A stretch of 63,646 nt of DNA, counting the filler, from Chrysochromulina tobinii (taxonomy: Eukaryota): NCBI GenBank assembly GCA_001275005.1. It is 4 parts of 4 records of this genome, joined end to end, with 100 filler letters (N's around TTAATTAATTAA, not from the genome) between each part and the next. Parts side by side here need not be neighbours in the genome. Positions count along the whole stretch, not along the records: positions 1 to 11,618 come from JWZX01000760.1; positions 11,719 to 30,302 come from JWZX01000762.1; 2 more parts are not named here. One strand, 5' to 3'. Every line of letters starts with the position of its first letter. The stretch's first letter is position 1. The notes under the pieces were generated by a model, which searched no databases, had not been told where the DNA came from, and saw nothing but the letters and a program-made list of their open reading frames with translations. The translations under genes were made by a program, and so were the position numbers. Shown here in pieces: positions 10,547 through 22,995 of the stretch.

Positions 10547-11282
10547 ACGAGGGCTGAGGGGGTCGGAGGCCGTGAGGACTGCATACGATGGAGTGCGCAC
10601 AGCAAACCAAGACGCCGGTAGCGGCTAGACGAGAGCGCGCGAGAGAGGCGTTAGAGAGGCGAGGACGGTGTGGTCGTGTAAATGCTAAATCCGTGTATAC
10701 ACGAGACTCCGACGAGGGACAGAGCCCGCGCATTTCAAAATTCAAAGCTAAGTTGGCATTCCGGCTCCGCCCACCCACCCCGCGCGCACACGCGCGCGAC
10801 TTGAGATCTGAAGAGCGTCAAGCATGTGACACGCTATGCGGTACACTTGCTGCTACTTACTGATACACGTGGCCACATCTCCTTTTGCGCCGAACCTCAT
10901 TTCGAAGCTGTGATGCATGCTTTCAGCTGTACACGGTGATCCGGACGTTGTAGAAGAATGGTCCAGATGTTGTGCTCAGCAGATGCGAAGCGCTGGTGAC
11001 ACCCTCTGCGCCTCCGCCTGCCTAGCCCTTGCGCTTGCCGATCGGGATCGTCCACAAGGGCCACTGAGAAGCACGCCTCATGCTCGCCTCATGCTCCCTG
11101 GAGCCACCTCGCTGCCGTTGCCAGAGCAGGGGATTGGGCAGTGGGTCCGACGACCTTACCCCTTACCATCCGCGCCATGGGCATCGGCCCCCTACCAGCC
11201 TCCCCTTGTGCCCGCCCGCCCCGCCCCACAAGCTGCCTCCAAACCACCGTGGTCGCCGGGGCTTCTACCGGTACGGCCCTGA

Positions 11283-11525
11283 CACAGTGTTCAAAGCCTA
11301 TGAGCAATTGCCTATGAGGTAATTACCTGAGTAGTGGGAAGGTCCCCCTAGCGCCTAGGTCAAAAAAGTGCGCCCCACAGTGTTCAAAGCCTATGACGGT
11401 ACGTTACCTGAGTTTTTTGTGAGTAGTGGGCTAGGTCCCCCTAGGTTAACAAAGTGCGCCCCACAGTGTTCAAAGCCTATGAGGTAATTACCTGAGTAGT
11501 GGGAAGGTCCGCCCCTAGGTCAATA
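11283..11525. repeat. About 90-bp tandem repeat x3 at contig end
   Basis: CACAGTGTTCAAAGCCTATGA...TTACCTGAGT...AGTGGG...GGTCC...CCTAGGT recurs at about 11283, 11376 and 11462. Confidence 0.85.
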
Positions 11526-11618
11526 AAGTTAGGGGTGGATACCCAGTCAGGGGGGGTGGTGAGAAAAACAAGTAGACACACCAAAAACACAGTACACAGT
11601 CTCCAGAGTTGGGAGAAT

Positions 11619-11718
11619 NNNNNNNNNNNNNNNNNNNNNNNNNNNNNNNNNNNNNNNNNNNNTTAATTAATTAANNNNNNNNNNNNNNNNNNNNNNNNNN
11701 NNNNNNNNNNNNNNNNNN
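11619..11718. other. Artificial contig spacer (N-TTAATTAATTAA-N)
   Basis: 100-nt N block with a six-frame stop linker. Confidence 0.97.
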
Positions 11719-12341
11719 TCTGCCGGGTAGATGTTGGGCCGCAGCGGCAGCAGCAAACTGTCGTCGCTGAGCACGACGGTCTCCCTCGGACGTTTGGGGA
11801 GAAGCATCGAAGGCTCGCGAAGGAACCCGTGAAACGTGAAACTACTCCAGGGTCTCCCGGCTCACCCGGGAGAGTTTGAACCGATTTGCACTTGTGAATT
11901 TCTCTTCATCAGGACTTCATCAGGCGGCTGTGGAGGCCGTGCCGATGGACGCCTATAAGATTGAGCCGACGTTCTCGCGCTTAGTCATGCTCGCTGCGCT
12001 GTACGGCGTGGACGCGTCCGTGATCGCCGTGGACTGTGAGAGCACTGCACCTGCTTCCGATGAGACAAGGCGCCCTTCGCTCCTTGAATGGCTCATCCTG
12101 GCGCCAGGCAGCGCAGCAGCGGCAGCAGCTGAGCAGCTCCACCGTGAGGCGGAGGACTTCAAGGCTCGCACAGCGGTGGCGGTGGCGGCCGCAGCATCAG
12201 CAGTAGCGCCCTCCGTCACATGCGGCGCAGCTGTGAGTGGCGATGATGCACCTGCGGCTGCAGCCGGTGCTACAGGTGCCGCTGCCGGCTCCACCGAGCC
12301 CCCCTCGCAAAGCTCATCCTCCGGTGGCTCGACGGCGCTCG

Positions 12342-13221
12342 ATGCTTCGCCCCAATACCTTCAAGCGAGCGCTGCTGACGCGCGAGCCGCGCGGCTTGCT
12401 AGGCGTCTGGGCCTCCGCGTGCTGTCCGCAAGTGACCGAGCTGCTCTCCACCGTGCGGATGCTTTCGTGGCTCACCATCGACATGGAGCACGCGCCAAAT
12501 ACACTGCCCTCGGTGCTCACACAGCTGCAGGCCTCACAGGCGATGGGCACCGTCGAAGCGGTCGTGCGCGTGCCGGTTGCCACCGATCCGGTCATCGTCA
12601 AGCGCGTGCTCGATCTTGGCGCACGTAGGGCGAGACGGCACTCGAACCCACAGCCTCTCAGGCTGCCGCGCGCTGCAGCGGATGAGTGCAATGGAACGCT
12701 TTCGACTCATGTATCGCGGCAGGCACCATAATGTTCCCAGCGGTCGAGACGGCTGACCAGGCGGCCGCGGCCGTCGCATCGACGCGCTACCCACCCCGCG
12801 GCGTGCGCGGCGTGATGACCACAGCCCGCATGTCCGGGTACGCCATCAGCCCGGACGCACTCCAGTCGTACTACGCGTTCGCCGAGCGCGAAACGTGCGC
12901 GATCGTGCAGATTGAGAGCGCGGCAGCGGTCGAACGCATCCCCGAGATCGCAGCCATTGACGGCGTCGACGGGATCTTCGTCGGCCCCTCATACTTAGCC
13001 GCCTCGATGACCGCCTCGGACAGCCTTCACACCCCGAGGTGGCCGCGGCGGTTCGGCGCGCCTTTGAGCTCTGCGAAGCGTCGGGTGTCGCATATGGGAG
13101 CATCTCGGGCGACGCGGCCACGTGCCGTGGCTTTGTGGACGCGGGAGCGAGCTTCGTGGCCGTTGGGACCGACCTGATGCTGCTACGTGCGGCGCTCGAA
13201 GGCCGCTTGGACGAATTGTGA
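12342..13221 (+). pseudogene. HpcH/HpaI (GarL/RhmA-like) class II aldolase, frameshifted
   Basis: Motifs WLTIDMEHAP, VKRVLDLGA, RYPPRGVRG, VQIES, GVDGIFVGP. Intron 12625-12722. A one-base frameshift near 13010 separates LAASM from LGQPSHPEV...FVAVGTD. Confidence 0.75.
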
Positions 13222-13651
13222 ATTCACACCATACTGACGAATCCCATGGAAGGCCGCTTGGACGAATTGAGAGGAACAAATTCAGCGAAATCATCGCATT
13301 TCTCGAAATCATTTCCGTTCCAAAGGATAGCTTTCTAGTCTCCTGACTTTTACCCACGTGGATACCCACTTGGAGTATTGGAGTGAGTTACTCCGTCAGG
13401 GGGGGTACAAGTGAGATGTGGTAGCTCATCGTCACTCGACTGAGAACGTGATAACGCCTCTGCGGCGAAAAACTCGTACGCGGCAGCGGCCCAGATACGC
13501 GACCGGGGCGTGAGCGGGACGAAACTGCTGTGTACGCTCTCTCGCACGGTCCGGTCCGGCAGGGGGGCACGCGCATCCCGCGCGCTCCGGTCTCGTGCGT
13601 CGCATCGCCGGTGCGTTGCATACCGAGCGTCGAGTAGCCAGGCAGCGACGA

Positions 13652-15885
13652 TCAGTCGGGAAACTCGACGCAGCTCTCACCCCACAGAGTACAGGCGGGA
13701 CGAGATAGGGACGAGACCGCCCCTGTGGGGTGGACGAGTGCACGCAGCGAGGGGAGGTTGAGCGCCCAGTGACGCATCGCTCCAGGCGTCCCGTCAGGCA
13801 TCTCGCTCGCGCAGTCCAGCGCCGTGTCGAGCGCCCAGTCCAGCGCGGTGCATCCGGCCAGGTCGAGGGTGGTGAGCTGCTCGAGCCCCACCAGGCCATG
13901 TGGAAGGCTCGCGAGGCGGGAGCACCCATGGAGATCCAGCAGCTTGAGTGAGAGCGCAATCGGAGAGCCTGGGCGCCCAAGGGTAGCTGGCAAGGCCATG
14001 AGGGCGGTGCATTGGCCGAGGCGGAGTGATTCGAGTCGCCCGAGACGCGCCACCCACTCGGGCAGGCTTGTGAGCCGAGGGCAGCCGTGCAGATCCAGAT
14101 GCGTCAGATTGGGAAGCAGAGGTGACATCGTACCGGTACGGACGAGGCACGAGAGCCCCATGTGCGTCAACCGTGGGGTACAGCTGAGATCTAGGAGGGA
14201 GCACACGAGAGCGCCGCCAGGGGCGCCATCCTGAGTGACACTCTTGCCCAGGCCTCCACGCGCCAAGCCGCTTACAATGGCGCCACTCTCGATGGCGCCG
14301 CCCACGTCGCTTCCGTCGTCGTTGGTGCCGCCGCCACATCCTTTATGGCTACCACCGTCACCCACACCGCCGCCGCCCACCTTGGCGCCACCCACACTGG
14401 CCGGCTCCAAGGCCGGCTCGGGCAGCCCCTTGGCAACCTCCCTGAGCGCCTTCGCGAGCTCACGCACCTCCTCATCCCCCCAGCCGGGAGAGCCGCCGAG
14501 CACGAGCGCGGCCCGCTCGCGCAGCAAGCGCCGGCACGCGCGCGTGTACACGCTCACCAAGGTCCGATGCTCGTCGGGCAAGTCGACACGCCGCCGCTGA
14601 AGCTGCTCGGTGAACGTGGAGGGCGCGAGGGGTGGGGACGGCTTGGCCTCGCCTCCGAGGAAACTCAGCCGTCGCCACGCGCGCGCCGTCGTCGGCTCTG
14701 TGTCCTCGTCGTCACCGCCTCCGAAACGGGCGCCGGGCGGCGGTGGCGGCGGCTGATAAGGATAGCGTTCGCGCAGGACGGCCCTCGGAGACGTGGCGCC
14801 TCCGCAGCCTCTCGTGCCCGTGGCCGTCGCCATCTCGATCAACTTTGTGATCGGGACGATAGCTTCCCCCGCCGCGTGCTGCTCATTGGCCGCCCCCAGA
14901 TGGCACTCAAGCCATGCATGCCGTCCGACGGACGGACCAAAACCCGAGCAGACCTTCCCCTTGGGCGTGAGAAAGGCGAGCGCCTCTTCAAAGAGAACTC
15001 GGCCCGAGCTCGTCACGGCTCACCCGGCACTGTGGCGATGAGACCGTCCTCGTCGGCTCTCCCGAGGCCTGGCGCCTCGGCCACCACCACGTACACCGTT
15101 GTCAGCCGGTGGGTCAGCCATAGAGGCGCCGCCTCGAGCGCGCGCTCCCAAGTCCTATGCCGTGCCGCCTCCTCTGCCTCCGCCTCGACGGAACCTTTCC
15201 GGAGGCTCTGCGGAGGCTCTGCAGGGGCCGACACGCCCGCTGCGCCAGCTTCGGCCGCACCCTTGGGCTCCGGCAGCTCGGGGTCTCGCAGGACATCATA
15301 CGCACAGTAGTCGATCATCACGCCGAGCTCCACAAGGCCAACGGAGCGCAAGCGGCTGTAGTCGGTCGCGAGCTGAGCGGCTACGAGCGCGAGGGTGTGG
15401 CAGTCCGGGTCGGGCGCGTCAGGGCGTACCCAGCATGCACTCACGACCACGATTGCCGACCCCTCCAGCGCGTGCGCGTCGTGACCCGCCGCGGAGATTG
15501 CAGAGAGCGTCGCCGCGTGCCTCTCGTGAAGCCCCACGAGCTCGTCGGCGGTCAGGATGGCATGGCGATGCTCGTGCTCGAGCGCGAGCCGAGATGGCAG
15601 CGGCTGCGGAGGTAGGCGCTGCAGGTACTGCTTCTCCTTTTTCTGGTAGCCGCCACGACGGCTCGACATGCCAGCCTCAACCAAGTCCTCAACCTCGAGC
15701 CAGCGCCATCCAGCCCGATCCAAGAGCCAAGTGGCTTTGACGAGCAGCACCGAACGGCTGCGCACCGCTTCAAGAAGAGAAGCGCAGTCGGCCGCGATCG
15801 TGGGGCTGTATGGGCGCTCGCCAGATCGTCGTCGAAACTCCGGGCGCTCGTCGTCGTCCAGGTCAAACGCGGAGAATGGAGTCAT
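13652..15885 (-). CDS. HET-like N-terminal domain + C-terminal leucine-rich repeat protein; frame break near 15015
   Basis: C-terminal LRRs (LTHLDLHGCPRLTSLP, LESLRLGQCTALMALP, LKLLDLHGCSRLASLP, LTTLDLAGC). N-terminal VSACW..PDAPDPD...IDYC resembles HET-like domains. The two ORFs abut at 15013-15016. Confidence 0.6.
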
Positions 15886-16534
15886 GGTGCAGAGTTGGGC
15901 CTCTATGTTTTTTCGAAACGGCCGCATGCATTGCACATGGTGTGGGTCAAGTCAAGTACCCCCTCCGCCATCTCCGTCGACTCCCTTCCACCCTGGCTTC
16001 GGAGCACATACAGGTTGTCTGTTGATTCTGCAACTTGACTTAAAGATGCCATGAGGAATTCAGGGTTTTGGCACGAGATCGTCCCATGTAAAACTCAATA
16101 ACTTTAGTTGAGAAAGACTTAAAAAGACTGGGGTCAAGGCTGCAAGTAGCCTATTTTGATTGGAGAAAGACTCGCGGCTGTATAGAGAGAGAGATGTGCC
16201 GCTAGGACTCCTAGCACGATCAACCCCCCTCAAACGAAATCTTTTGTTTCTTTTTATAGAATCATGCAGAATCATACACATGTATTTATAGAAAAAGGGT
16301 CGGCGGAATCATGCGGAATTAAACACTTTCGAGCTCGAATGAAGCTGGTGTACTACCACCCATAATAAGATACGCTGCCGTACCGGTACATCTACCGACA
16401 TCTCCTACTGTAGTAAGATCCCGCACCCGAAACGAATCCGAGAATCCCGGCACTCAAGTACATACCCGGAAAAGTACATACCCGGTACCCGGTACTCAAG
16501 CAGTGCGCGGCGACGCACTCAGACTCAGATTTCA

Positions 16535-18823
16535 ATGTCTCGTACCCCTCGCCGCTCGCCGCTCGCTATGCAAGCGGGAGGGCCGCCTCGTGTGGATTCG
16601 ATCGTCGTCTCCACCATGAGCCGTGCTCCGAGGATCATCGAGCGAGGCACGGCACACGCAGCGATGATCTTTACTGATCTACTACGAAAGGAACAGTATG
16701 AGTTGAAGCGGGCAGCGAGCAGCTCGAGCATCTCGAGCAGCTCTCTCGGCGGCGCAAGCCCTCGTTCACCGCGAAGCCCTCGTTCAGCGTGGACACGTAC
16801 TTCGCCGCATCCCGAGAATCATCTCCGATTCGGGCACGAGTCAAGAGTCGGGCAGAATGGCAAAAGCGACAGCATGGTGGCGTGGAGCACGACGCCAATT
16901 CAGCTCAGCGACAGCGATGGGAGTGAAGTCTCTTCGCCGTCGAAGAGCTTCACCATCTCGTCGGAGGTGCCAAGGGCCGCACGGTCGGAACTGGCTCGGC
17001 AAATGGAACACTCCAAGGAGCTGCAGGCGGCACTCGAAGAGATGGAGCAGTTGCAAGACCGAATCTCTTTGCTCAAGACCATGGCTCGTGCGGCACCTCA
17101 GGACATCGACAGCGGCAGCGTCGTCGCTCCGGATCGGCTGTCGTGCGCGGCCCCATGCCGCATGCGCCTTGTGACTGCAGCAGTGATGGCCACAGCGCCG
17201 AGCATGGCCACAGCGACGAAGGCATCACATGTGGGTGTAAGCGGCCCGGATGTAGACGATGATGTGGCACGCATGCCTCCAGATCTAGGTCCACGACGCA
17301 GGAGCTCTCGCAACACGGTCTCGATGGCTCCGACGGCGTGCTCGGAAGTGGCCTTGGATGCAGGCACGACCTCGCGGGCCCGCGATGCCTTCAGCTTGAT
17401 CTACGAAGAGACCATCGATGCCGTCTTCAAGGCGGACTCCTGGGCAGCCGGGCTGGCCAAGCTGCGCCCTTATCTCGACGCGAACATGTCCAAAGAGAGC
17501 GCCGCCGCCTTTCAGGAGTGCTGCGGGAAACTCTTCGTGCTCTCGCGTGTGCACGCCTCGATGGCGCCAGAGGTCTCGTTCGCCAAGGTGCAAGAGATCA
17601 CCGATACCCTCAGCCGCGAGTGCTCGATGGCTAGTCACATGGCGGCGCCGCTCGTCGCTGGCCTCAAGCGCTTCGTCGAGCATCGCATCCTTCCGAATGG
17701 CGCGCTCGATCATCTCACCGAGCATGGCTTCAGGCTGCCCGCCGACGAGGTCGGGGCGCTTCTCGATCTGTACCGTTGGCCACACGACGCCAAGCGTCAG
17801 CAGGTGATGTGCATCTTGCGCAAGGCCTTGGAAGCGGTCGCGGAGCTACGTACCACATCAGATGCTGCTGTGAGGGGCAGCGAGAGCATCGAGGAGGCTA
17901 GGCTCATCTTGAACCACTCGCACGAGCGCCTGGTCCGGACCATAGAGAGCGTGCTCGACGAGCATGCGAAGCGTGCGGACCCCACGCTCGTACTCGGCCA
18001 GACCCTCTTTGTCGCGGTGTCGCGCGTCGCACAGGCGCAAGAGCAGGAGAACGTCCACCGCCTGCAGAGTAGGAGCTGGCCACCCTTGCACTCTCGAGTC
18101 CAGACGGTGTTCGCAAAAGCAGAGGCGAGGGCAAAAGCGGCGGTGAAGGCTGAGGCAAAGGCGAAGGCGAAGGTAGCAGAGGAAGTGACGATGGCGACGG
18201 CGAAGGCCGCGGCTGCGGCTGCGGCTGCGGCGACTGCGGAGACTGCCAAGGAGGCGGCCAAGGTGGCAGATGAAGAGGCGAACAGGGAGCGCTTAGAGCG
18301 CTACAAAGCGCACGAACAGGTACCACCGATCTGCCCCTCTCGCTTGCCTCACTCTCCCATCCTCACCTCAAGCCCACGCAATCTCACACCTATCTCACAC
18401 CCACTCCATGCGCAGGCCGAGGCGGCGGCGGCGAAGGAGGCGGACATGGAGCGCAAGGAAAGGGCGGAGCACTCGCGTATGCAGCGTGCTAAGGCGCCCG
18501 AGCACCCTATCTTCTGTGCTCCCTGCGGGAACGCCTGCGCCAAGGACGAGCTCCCATCGGCTCACTCGTCCTGCGCAAGCGTCCCCGACGCGGGCGGGCC
18601 AGCTGTGATCGCCGCGGCTGCACCAGCGCCAACACTCGAGTCACCGATCGCCATCGAGTCTGCACTCGAACCGCTCGCGGGTCCTTCTGCGCCGCTGCCG
18701 TGGGAGATCAAGAGGCTGCGCAACGCTCAGGCGTCCTCTCCCGCAGCAGCAGGCTACCGGCGTGCAGGCAAGACGTCTTGCGCCGCGAAGATGAGCGACC
18801 TATGTCTTGCGCCGCGAAGATGA
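16535..18823 (+). CDS. Hypothetical protein, S/P-rich with coiled coils; probable in-frame intron 18320-18415
   Basis: 762-aa ORF with a CAG|GTACC...pyrimidine-rich...GCAG|GCC 96-nt segment. The 5' part is duplicated in inverted orientation at 22996-23936. Confidence 0.6.
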   Translation: MSRTPRRSPLAMQAGGPPRVDSIVVSTMSRAPRIIERGTAHAAMIFTDLLRKEQYELKRAASSSSISSSSLGGASPRSPRSPRSAWTRTSPHPENHLRFGHESRVGQNGKSDSMVAWSTTPIQLSDSDGSEVSSPSKSFTISSEVPRAARSELARQMEHSKELQAALEEMEQLQDRISLLKTMARAAPQDIDSGSVVAPDRLSCAAPCRMRLVTAAVMATAPSMATATKASHVGVSGPDVDDDVARMPPDLGPRRRSSRNTVSMAPTACSEVALDAGTTSRARDAFSLIYEETIDAVFKADSWAAGLAKLRPYLDANMSKESAAAFQECCGKLFVLSRVHASMAPEVSFAKVQEITDTLSRECSMASHMAAPLVAGLKRFVEHRILPNGALDHLTEHGFRLPADEVGALLDLYRWPHDAKRQQVMCILRKALEAVAELRTTSDAAVRGSESIEEARLILNHSHERLVRTIESVLDEHAKRADPTLVLGQTLFVAVSRVAQAQEQENVHRLQSRSWPPLHSRVQTVFAKAEARAKAAVKAEAKAKAKVAEEVTMATAKAAAAAAAAATAETAKEAAKVADEEANRERLERYKAHEQVPPICPSRLPHSPILTSSPRNLTPISHPLHAQAEAAAAKEADMERKERAEHSRMQRAKAPEHPIFCAPCGNACAKDELPSAHSSCASVPDAGGPAVIAAAAPAPTLESPIAIESALEPLAGPSAPLPWEIKRLRNAQASSPAAAGYRRAGKTSCAAKMSDLCLAPRR

Positions 18824-19524
18824 GCGACCTATACCAGCGTCTCCAGATGAGCGACCCATACCAGCGCGATAAGATGGCACGTGGCGAGCCGCAAGATTCG
18901 GCGCCCGTTCACACGGACACGAATCCCGCCTTCAAGCCCGAAAATGCCTCCGAGGCGGCGGCAGAGGAGGCGGCCCGCGCCGCTGGCTCGTCAGCAGATG
19001 GCAGCAGGCCATCGCGTGGTGCATGATGACGGGTACATGAGCATGTATGCATCGGAGTGGGGGCTGATTGTGGCGCTTCCCAGCACCGTGGGGCCTGCAA
19101 ACCTGGTGTGTCCTGGGGAGATGTGCGTGCCGCTGTCGGAGAGCCTGTGAGGCCAGCACTGTCATGTCGGTCGGAAAGCCCGGGGGTGAAGTGTCAGGGT
19201 GCAAGGCACGAGTGAGTGGCAAATCAGGCACAGTGTGTGTGTACTGGGTCGACACAAGTAAGTGGGTCGACACAATACAGCGGCGCGTTTGCAACAATGC
19301 AAGCTCGCTAGGGGCGTGGGGGCGCGTACAATCGAAGCGAAGCGTGTGTCTCGTGTCTGTCCTCGGGTGTGACTATCGTATGTTTTCTTGGCCACATGCT
19401 CCCGGTACATGTAGCCCTTTGGCTTGTTTGTTCGTTGAGAAAGTCACTTTAAAACAGCTCCCGGCTGGGATGTGCCGCGAGAGCTCCTCAAAGATTGAGC
19501 GCTAAGCGGAGTTAAGCTGAAGGG

Positions 19525-20973
19525 TTAGCGCAACTCAACAAAAGTACCGGTGTGCACCTCGAGCCAGCACCGCAGCTGCAGCTGCGCGAAGCTGAGCGGC
19601 GTGATGGTCAAGGTTACCCGGCGATCGCGCAACTCGCGCTCTGGGCGCAGGCGCTCGATCTCGGCGCGCTCGTCCACGCTCTTGTTCGCGAGCCGCCGCT
19701 CGTGCTTCTCCTTTCGTCGCTGCGACTTGAACTCCGCGAGCCGCGCCGCGCGTCGCTCCTCGGCGGCAGCTGCGGCCTGGGCGGAGGGCGCACCGCCTGC
19801 GAGGAAGCTTGGCGGGGCGCAGGACCATGCGCGCGTCGCGAAGACGAACTTGTTCAGGAACCACGAGCTCTGCACGCTATGTGTCTCGACGACAACGCAG
19901 CTCGCCGCCCGAGCTCTCGGTCTCTCAACTGGCGGCTCGTTCCCATGTCTGGGTCTCTCAACTGGCGGCTCGCCCTCGTGCGCGCGGGCCTCGATCAGGC
20001 TCGTCCCTGCCGCCGCAGCCCCTGCCGCCGCTGCGCTTGCCGCCGCTGCCCCTGCCGCCGCACCGCCGTCGGCTTCGTTGCCGTCGCCGAGCTCTTCGGC
20101 ACACTCGACGCACTTGCTCAGGTTGGCGACCCAAATATGGTACTTGCGCTCGAGCTCGATGCGAGACGCGCCGTGCCAATTGCCCTGGTTCCACTTGCCC
20201 ACCACCGCGACGGCGGCCGCGGCAAACCAGTGTCCATTGGCGCCCTCGAAGACATCCCCACGATTCGCAAAGAGCTTCTTCGGTAGACAGCACGGCTTGA
20301 GGGCGAGGAAGAAGAAGCCCGGGCAGCTATTGTACAAGTCGATGCAGCGGAGCGAGAGCATGCCGCACAGATGCACGCCCAGGATCATCGCGGGGGCGCC
20401 GTGGGCAAGGAAGGCTCGCGCGAGGATGCGTCGATCACTCGGGATCTTGAGGTTCGCACGCGACGTGGTCAGCCGAATCGGCCAGTTAGGATCGAGCACG
20501 TGCTCAGGGTTGAGGTGCTTCTCCTGCCGCTCGACGTTGTGCGGCGCCCACATGATGTCGACGAGCACGATCCGCTCCACCTTATCGGCGGGCAGGAGCT
20601 CCGAGAGGAACATGCCGAGGTAGCCAAAGCCGGAGCACAGGTCGAGGATCACGACCTTGGGCGATCCCTCGGGAAGGTCGAGGGCCTCAATGGCCGCGCG
20701 TGTGCGTGCAATCACCGGCGCAACCTCGGCCAGCTCCTTGGCCAGCCGCCTGCCACGACGGATGCGTCCCCACAAGGCCTTCCGCTCCCAAAACCGCGCG
20801 CGCCACCTCGCAGCGATGTCGCAGCACTCATCCAGAAGGGCGCTGTGCGTGGCGTACACGGGCGACGAGCGAAGATCCTTGCGTAGCCACTCACACCACT
20901 CCTCGTTCGACACGATCGTCCCTTTTTGGTCCTCGTCCGCGTCCTCTGGCAGCCCGTGGTCGGCCGACGACAT
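19525..20973 (-). CDS. Class I SAM-dependent methyltransferase-like protein (Methyltransf_32/Trm13-like)
   Basis: ILDLCSGFGYLG (motif I), IVLVD, ILGVHLCGMLS and LKPCC. Confidence 0.72.
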   Translation of the reverse strand: MSSADHGLPEDADEDQKGTIVSNEEWCEWLRKDLRSSPVYATHSALLDECCDIAARWRARFWERKALWGRIRRGRRLAKELAEVAPVIARTRAAIEALDLPEGSPKVVILDLCSGFGYLGMFLSELLPADKVERIVLVDIMWAPHNVERQEKHLNPEHVLDPNWPIRLTTSRANLKIPSDRRILARAFLAHGAPAMILGVHLCGMLSLRCIDLYNSCPGFFFLALKPCCLPKKLFANRGDVFEGANGHWFAAAAVAVVGKWNQGNWHGASRIELERKYHIWVANLSKCVECAEELGDGNEADGGAAAGAAAASAAAAGAAAAGTSLIEARAHEGEPPVERPRHGNEPPVERPRARAASCVVVETHSVQSSWFLNKFVFATRAWSCAPPSFLAGGAPSAQAAAAAEERRAARLAEFKSQRRKEKHERRLANKSVDERAEIERLRPERELRDRRVTLTITPLSFAQLQLRCWLEVHTGTFVELR

Positions 20974-21152
20974 AAGCGGCGACGAGGGGGCCTCCACGAA
21001 GAACTGCTGTGAATGAATTCGAAGGTTTCGTCGCCCCAGAATGCAGCCCCAACGCTGAGGCCGCCTCCCCCCCCATTCTCTTGTGCCTTACGGCATGCTT
21101 GGGTGGAGCTCCGAAAGTTGCATGCGTTCTTATGGTCAAAACGTCCGTTGAC

Positions 21153-22401
21153 GATGTGTTCTTTTCTCTGTGGGCCGGCGGCGGCGCAACAAGGGCCCGG
21201 CTTCATGAGCGAGGGCGGCCTCAAGCCAGGCCTCAAAGGCCGCCTCACGTTCGCGATCGCCAACGCGCCGGCGGACAATGAGCTCAAGCAGGACCTGGCC
21301 AAGAAGCTGCAGCCCGTGCTCTCGAGCAGCAGCAGGCACAAGATGCTGCTCTTGAGCTTGCAGTCGACCCTCAAGGGGAAGGGCGTCGTCGAGTACGAGG
21401 GCCAGCCGGACCTGCTCGTGCACGACCTGCTCTTTCTCCGCCAACGGCTCAACGTGGGCGCCGCCACGATGGGCATCACCGAGTCGCGCATCTTCTGGAC
21501 GGTGAACACGCCGCACTTTGAGCCCGAGCGGCTGCCGCCGAACGTGGGCAGGGCGCTCGGCACGATGCTCAAAGAGGGAGGCGCAAAGCCGGGCACGCCC
21601 ATGCTGCACGGGCGCGAGGACTCGTCCTGCTGCGAGCGGCTCATGTGTCCGCTCTTCCGCGCGTTCGAGCTCAAGCTCCTCGAGGACGACGAGGACGGCG
21701 GCGGCCTGATCATTGAGAGGCCGATGGTATGCGAGCCGTGCCAGTGCTGGCCTGTCTGCTTCTCGCAGAGCCAGCGCGTGCTCGTCAAGGACCTGGACGG
21801 CCGCCTCCTCGGGCAGGCCATCGAGCCCTCACCCCTCCTCTGCGGCTACCACACCTCCGCACGCAACGCAGCCGCGCTAGGGGGCTCCGCTGCCAACGGA
21901 TCCGCAAGGGCGCTCGACACGGCGCTCGGCTGGGCGCCCCAATTCTGTTGCACGCGCGTGTACGTGGCGCAGGACGCCAAGGGCGAGTCGCTCTACATCC
22001 TCAAGGCGAACATGTGCCGCGACAACTGCTGCGCGCCGGGCTGCTGCAACGAGAGCTTCGATGTCGAGATGTATGACTGGGCTACCGGAGAGTACGTCGG
22101 TATGTCGGCCTTCCTATGGCCACTGATGACCTGCCTTTGCATGCAAGTGCTCATCGCAGCGCGTCCACCTGCCAGGTATGTCCGCCTTCCTATGGCCGGG
22201 CTGCAACTTTGGAGGCGACACCGACCGCTCGCAGCTCGTGGTGCGCATGCCGCCCAAGGCCACGCCCACGCACCGCGCCGCGCTCCTCGCGGCGATGCTC
22301 CTTATCGAGTACACGGCCGTTGAGAACAGCCGGCAGCTCGACTGCTCCAACGGCACAGGGGCGTTGGGAGCGCCGCCCCGGGCAGAGGAGATGCATCGCT
22401 G
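21153..22401 (+). CDS. Phospholipid scramblase-like protein; intron 22100-22175
   Basis: EDSSCCER..C...RAF, IERP..C..C, Cys-rich. Splicing gives a scramblase-type tail VRMPPKATPTHRAALLAAMLLIEY. Start uncertain (21013-21205). Confidence 0.72.
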
Positions 22402-22995
22402 ACCCTTTCCATATGACTCTCCATACGCCTTGAAAAGATGGGACGGGGGTCGCACATGACTACAGCTATGTACGGGCACGCCAACGCGGTGACCGATAGA
22501 AATATAAAAAATCGTAAATACGTGTGTATTCGAGTATAATCTGCACCGAGTAACTCATATCTCAGTATCTGTAGACCGAGTAGTACTGTACAGCGCGCAA
22601 GACGTACATGCGAAGTGCAGCTGAAGCGGGCGGCCGAGCGGAGGTGGGAGGATGCATCCGTATCCTCCGCCGAGACCGCCCTTTGCGTGACGCCGTTTGA
22701 TGCCGTGAGCTCTCCCATGGAGCTCTCCGTGTGCGCCGATCCGATCGTGCCCCCTGTATTTAGCGATATGGGTTTACGCACGTATCGTATTGGCCCCGTC
22801 GATGGCGCCAACGGCGGTCGGCGCCCAGGTCTCGGACGTCGGAGCTCTGACCTCTGTCCCACCTCACTCCTCAGTGTGGCATCTCTTCGAAAGCGTAGTC
22901 CTTGGCCAAGGTGCGCTCCTGAAGATCGCCTAGGACATTTCCGCAGAAAGGTTTGCACTGATTGGTCGTCCTAGCAAGATCCGTTAGGCTCGTCA

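Noticed and set aside
11663..11674. TTAATTAATTAA as a biological motif (also at about 30347 and 49019)
   Set aside because: Centred in identical 100-nt N blocks; an assembly linker.
11876..12341. Ala-rich ORF upstream of the aldolase
   Set aside because: Low complexity, at a contig edge and in a different frame from the aldolase; cannot be supported as a gene.
19550..20623. Many long antisense or overlapping ORFs (also 3859-4740, 25410-26417, 56528-57997)
   Set aside because: Expected stop-poor shadows of GC3-rich genes on the opposite strand; no motifs.
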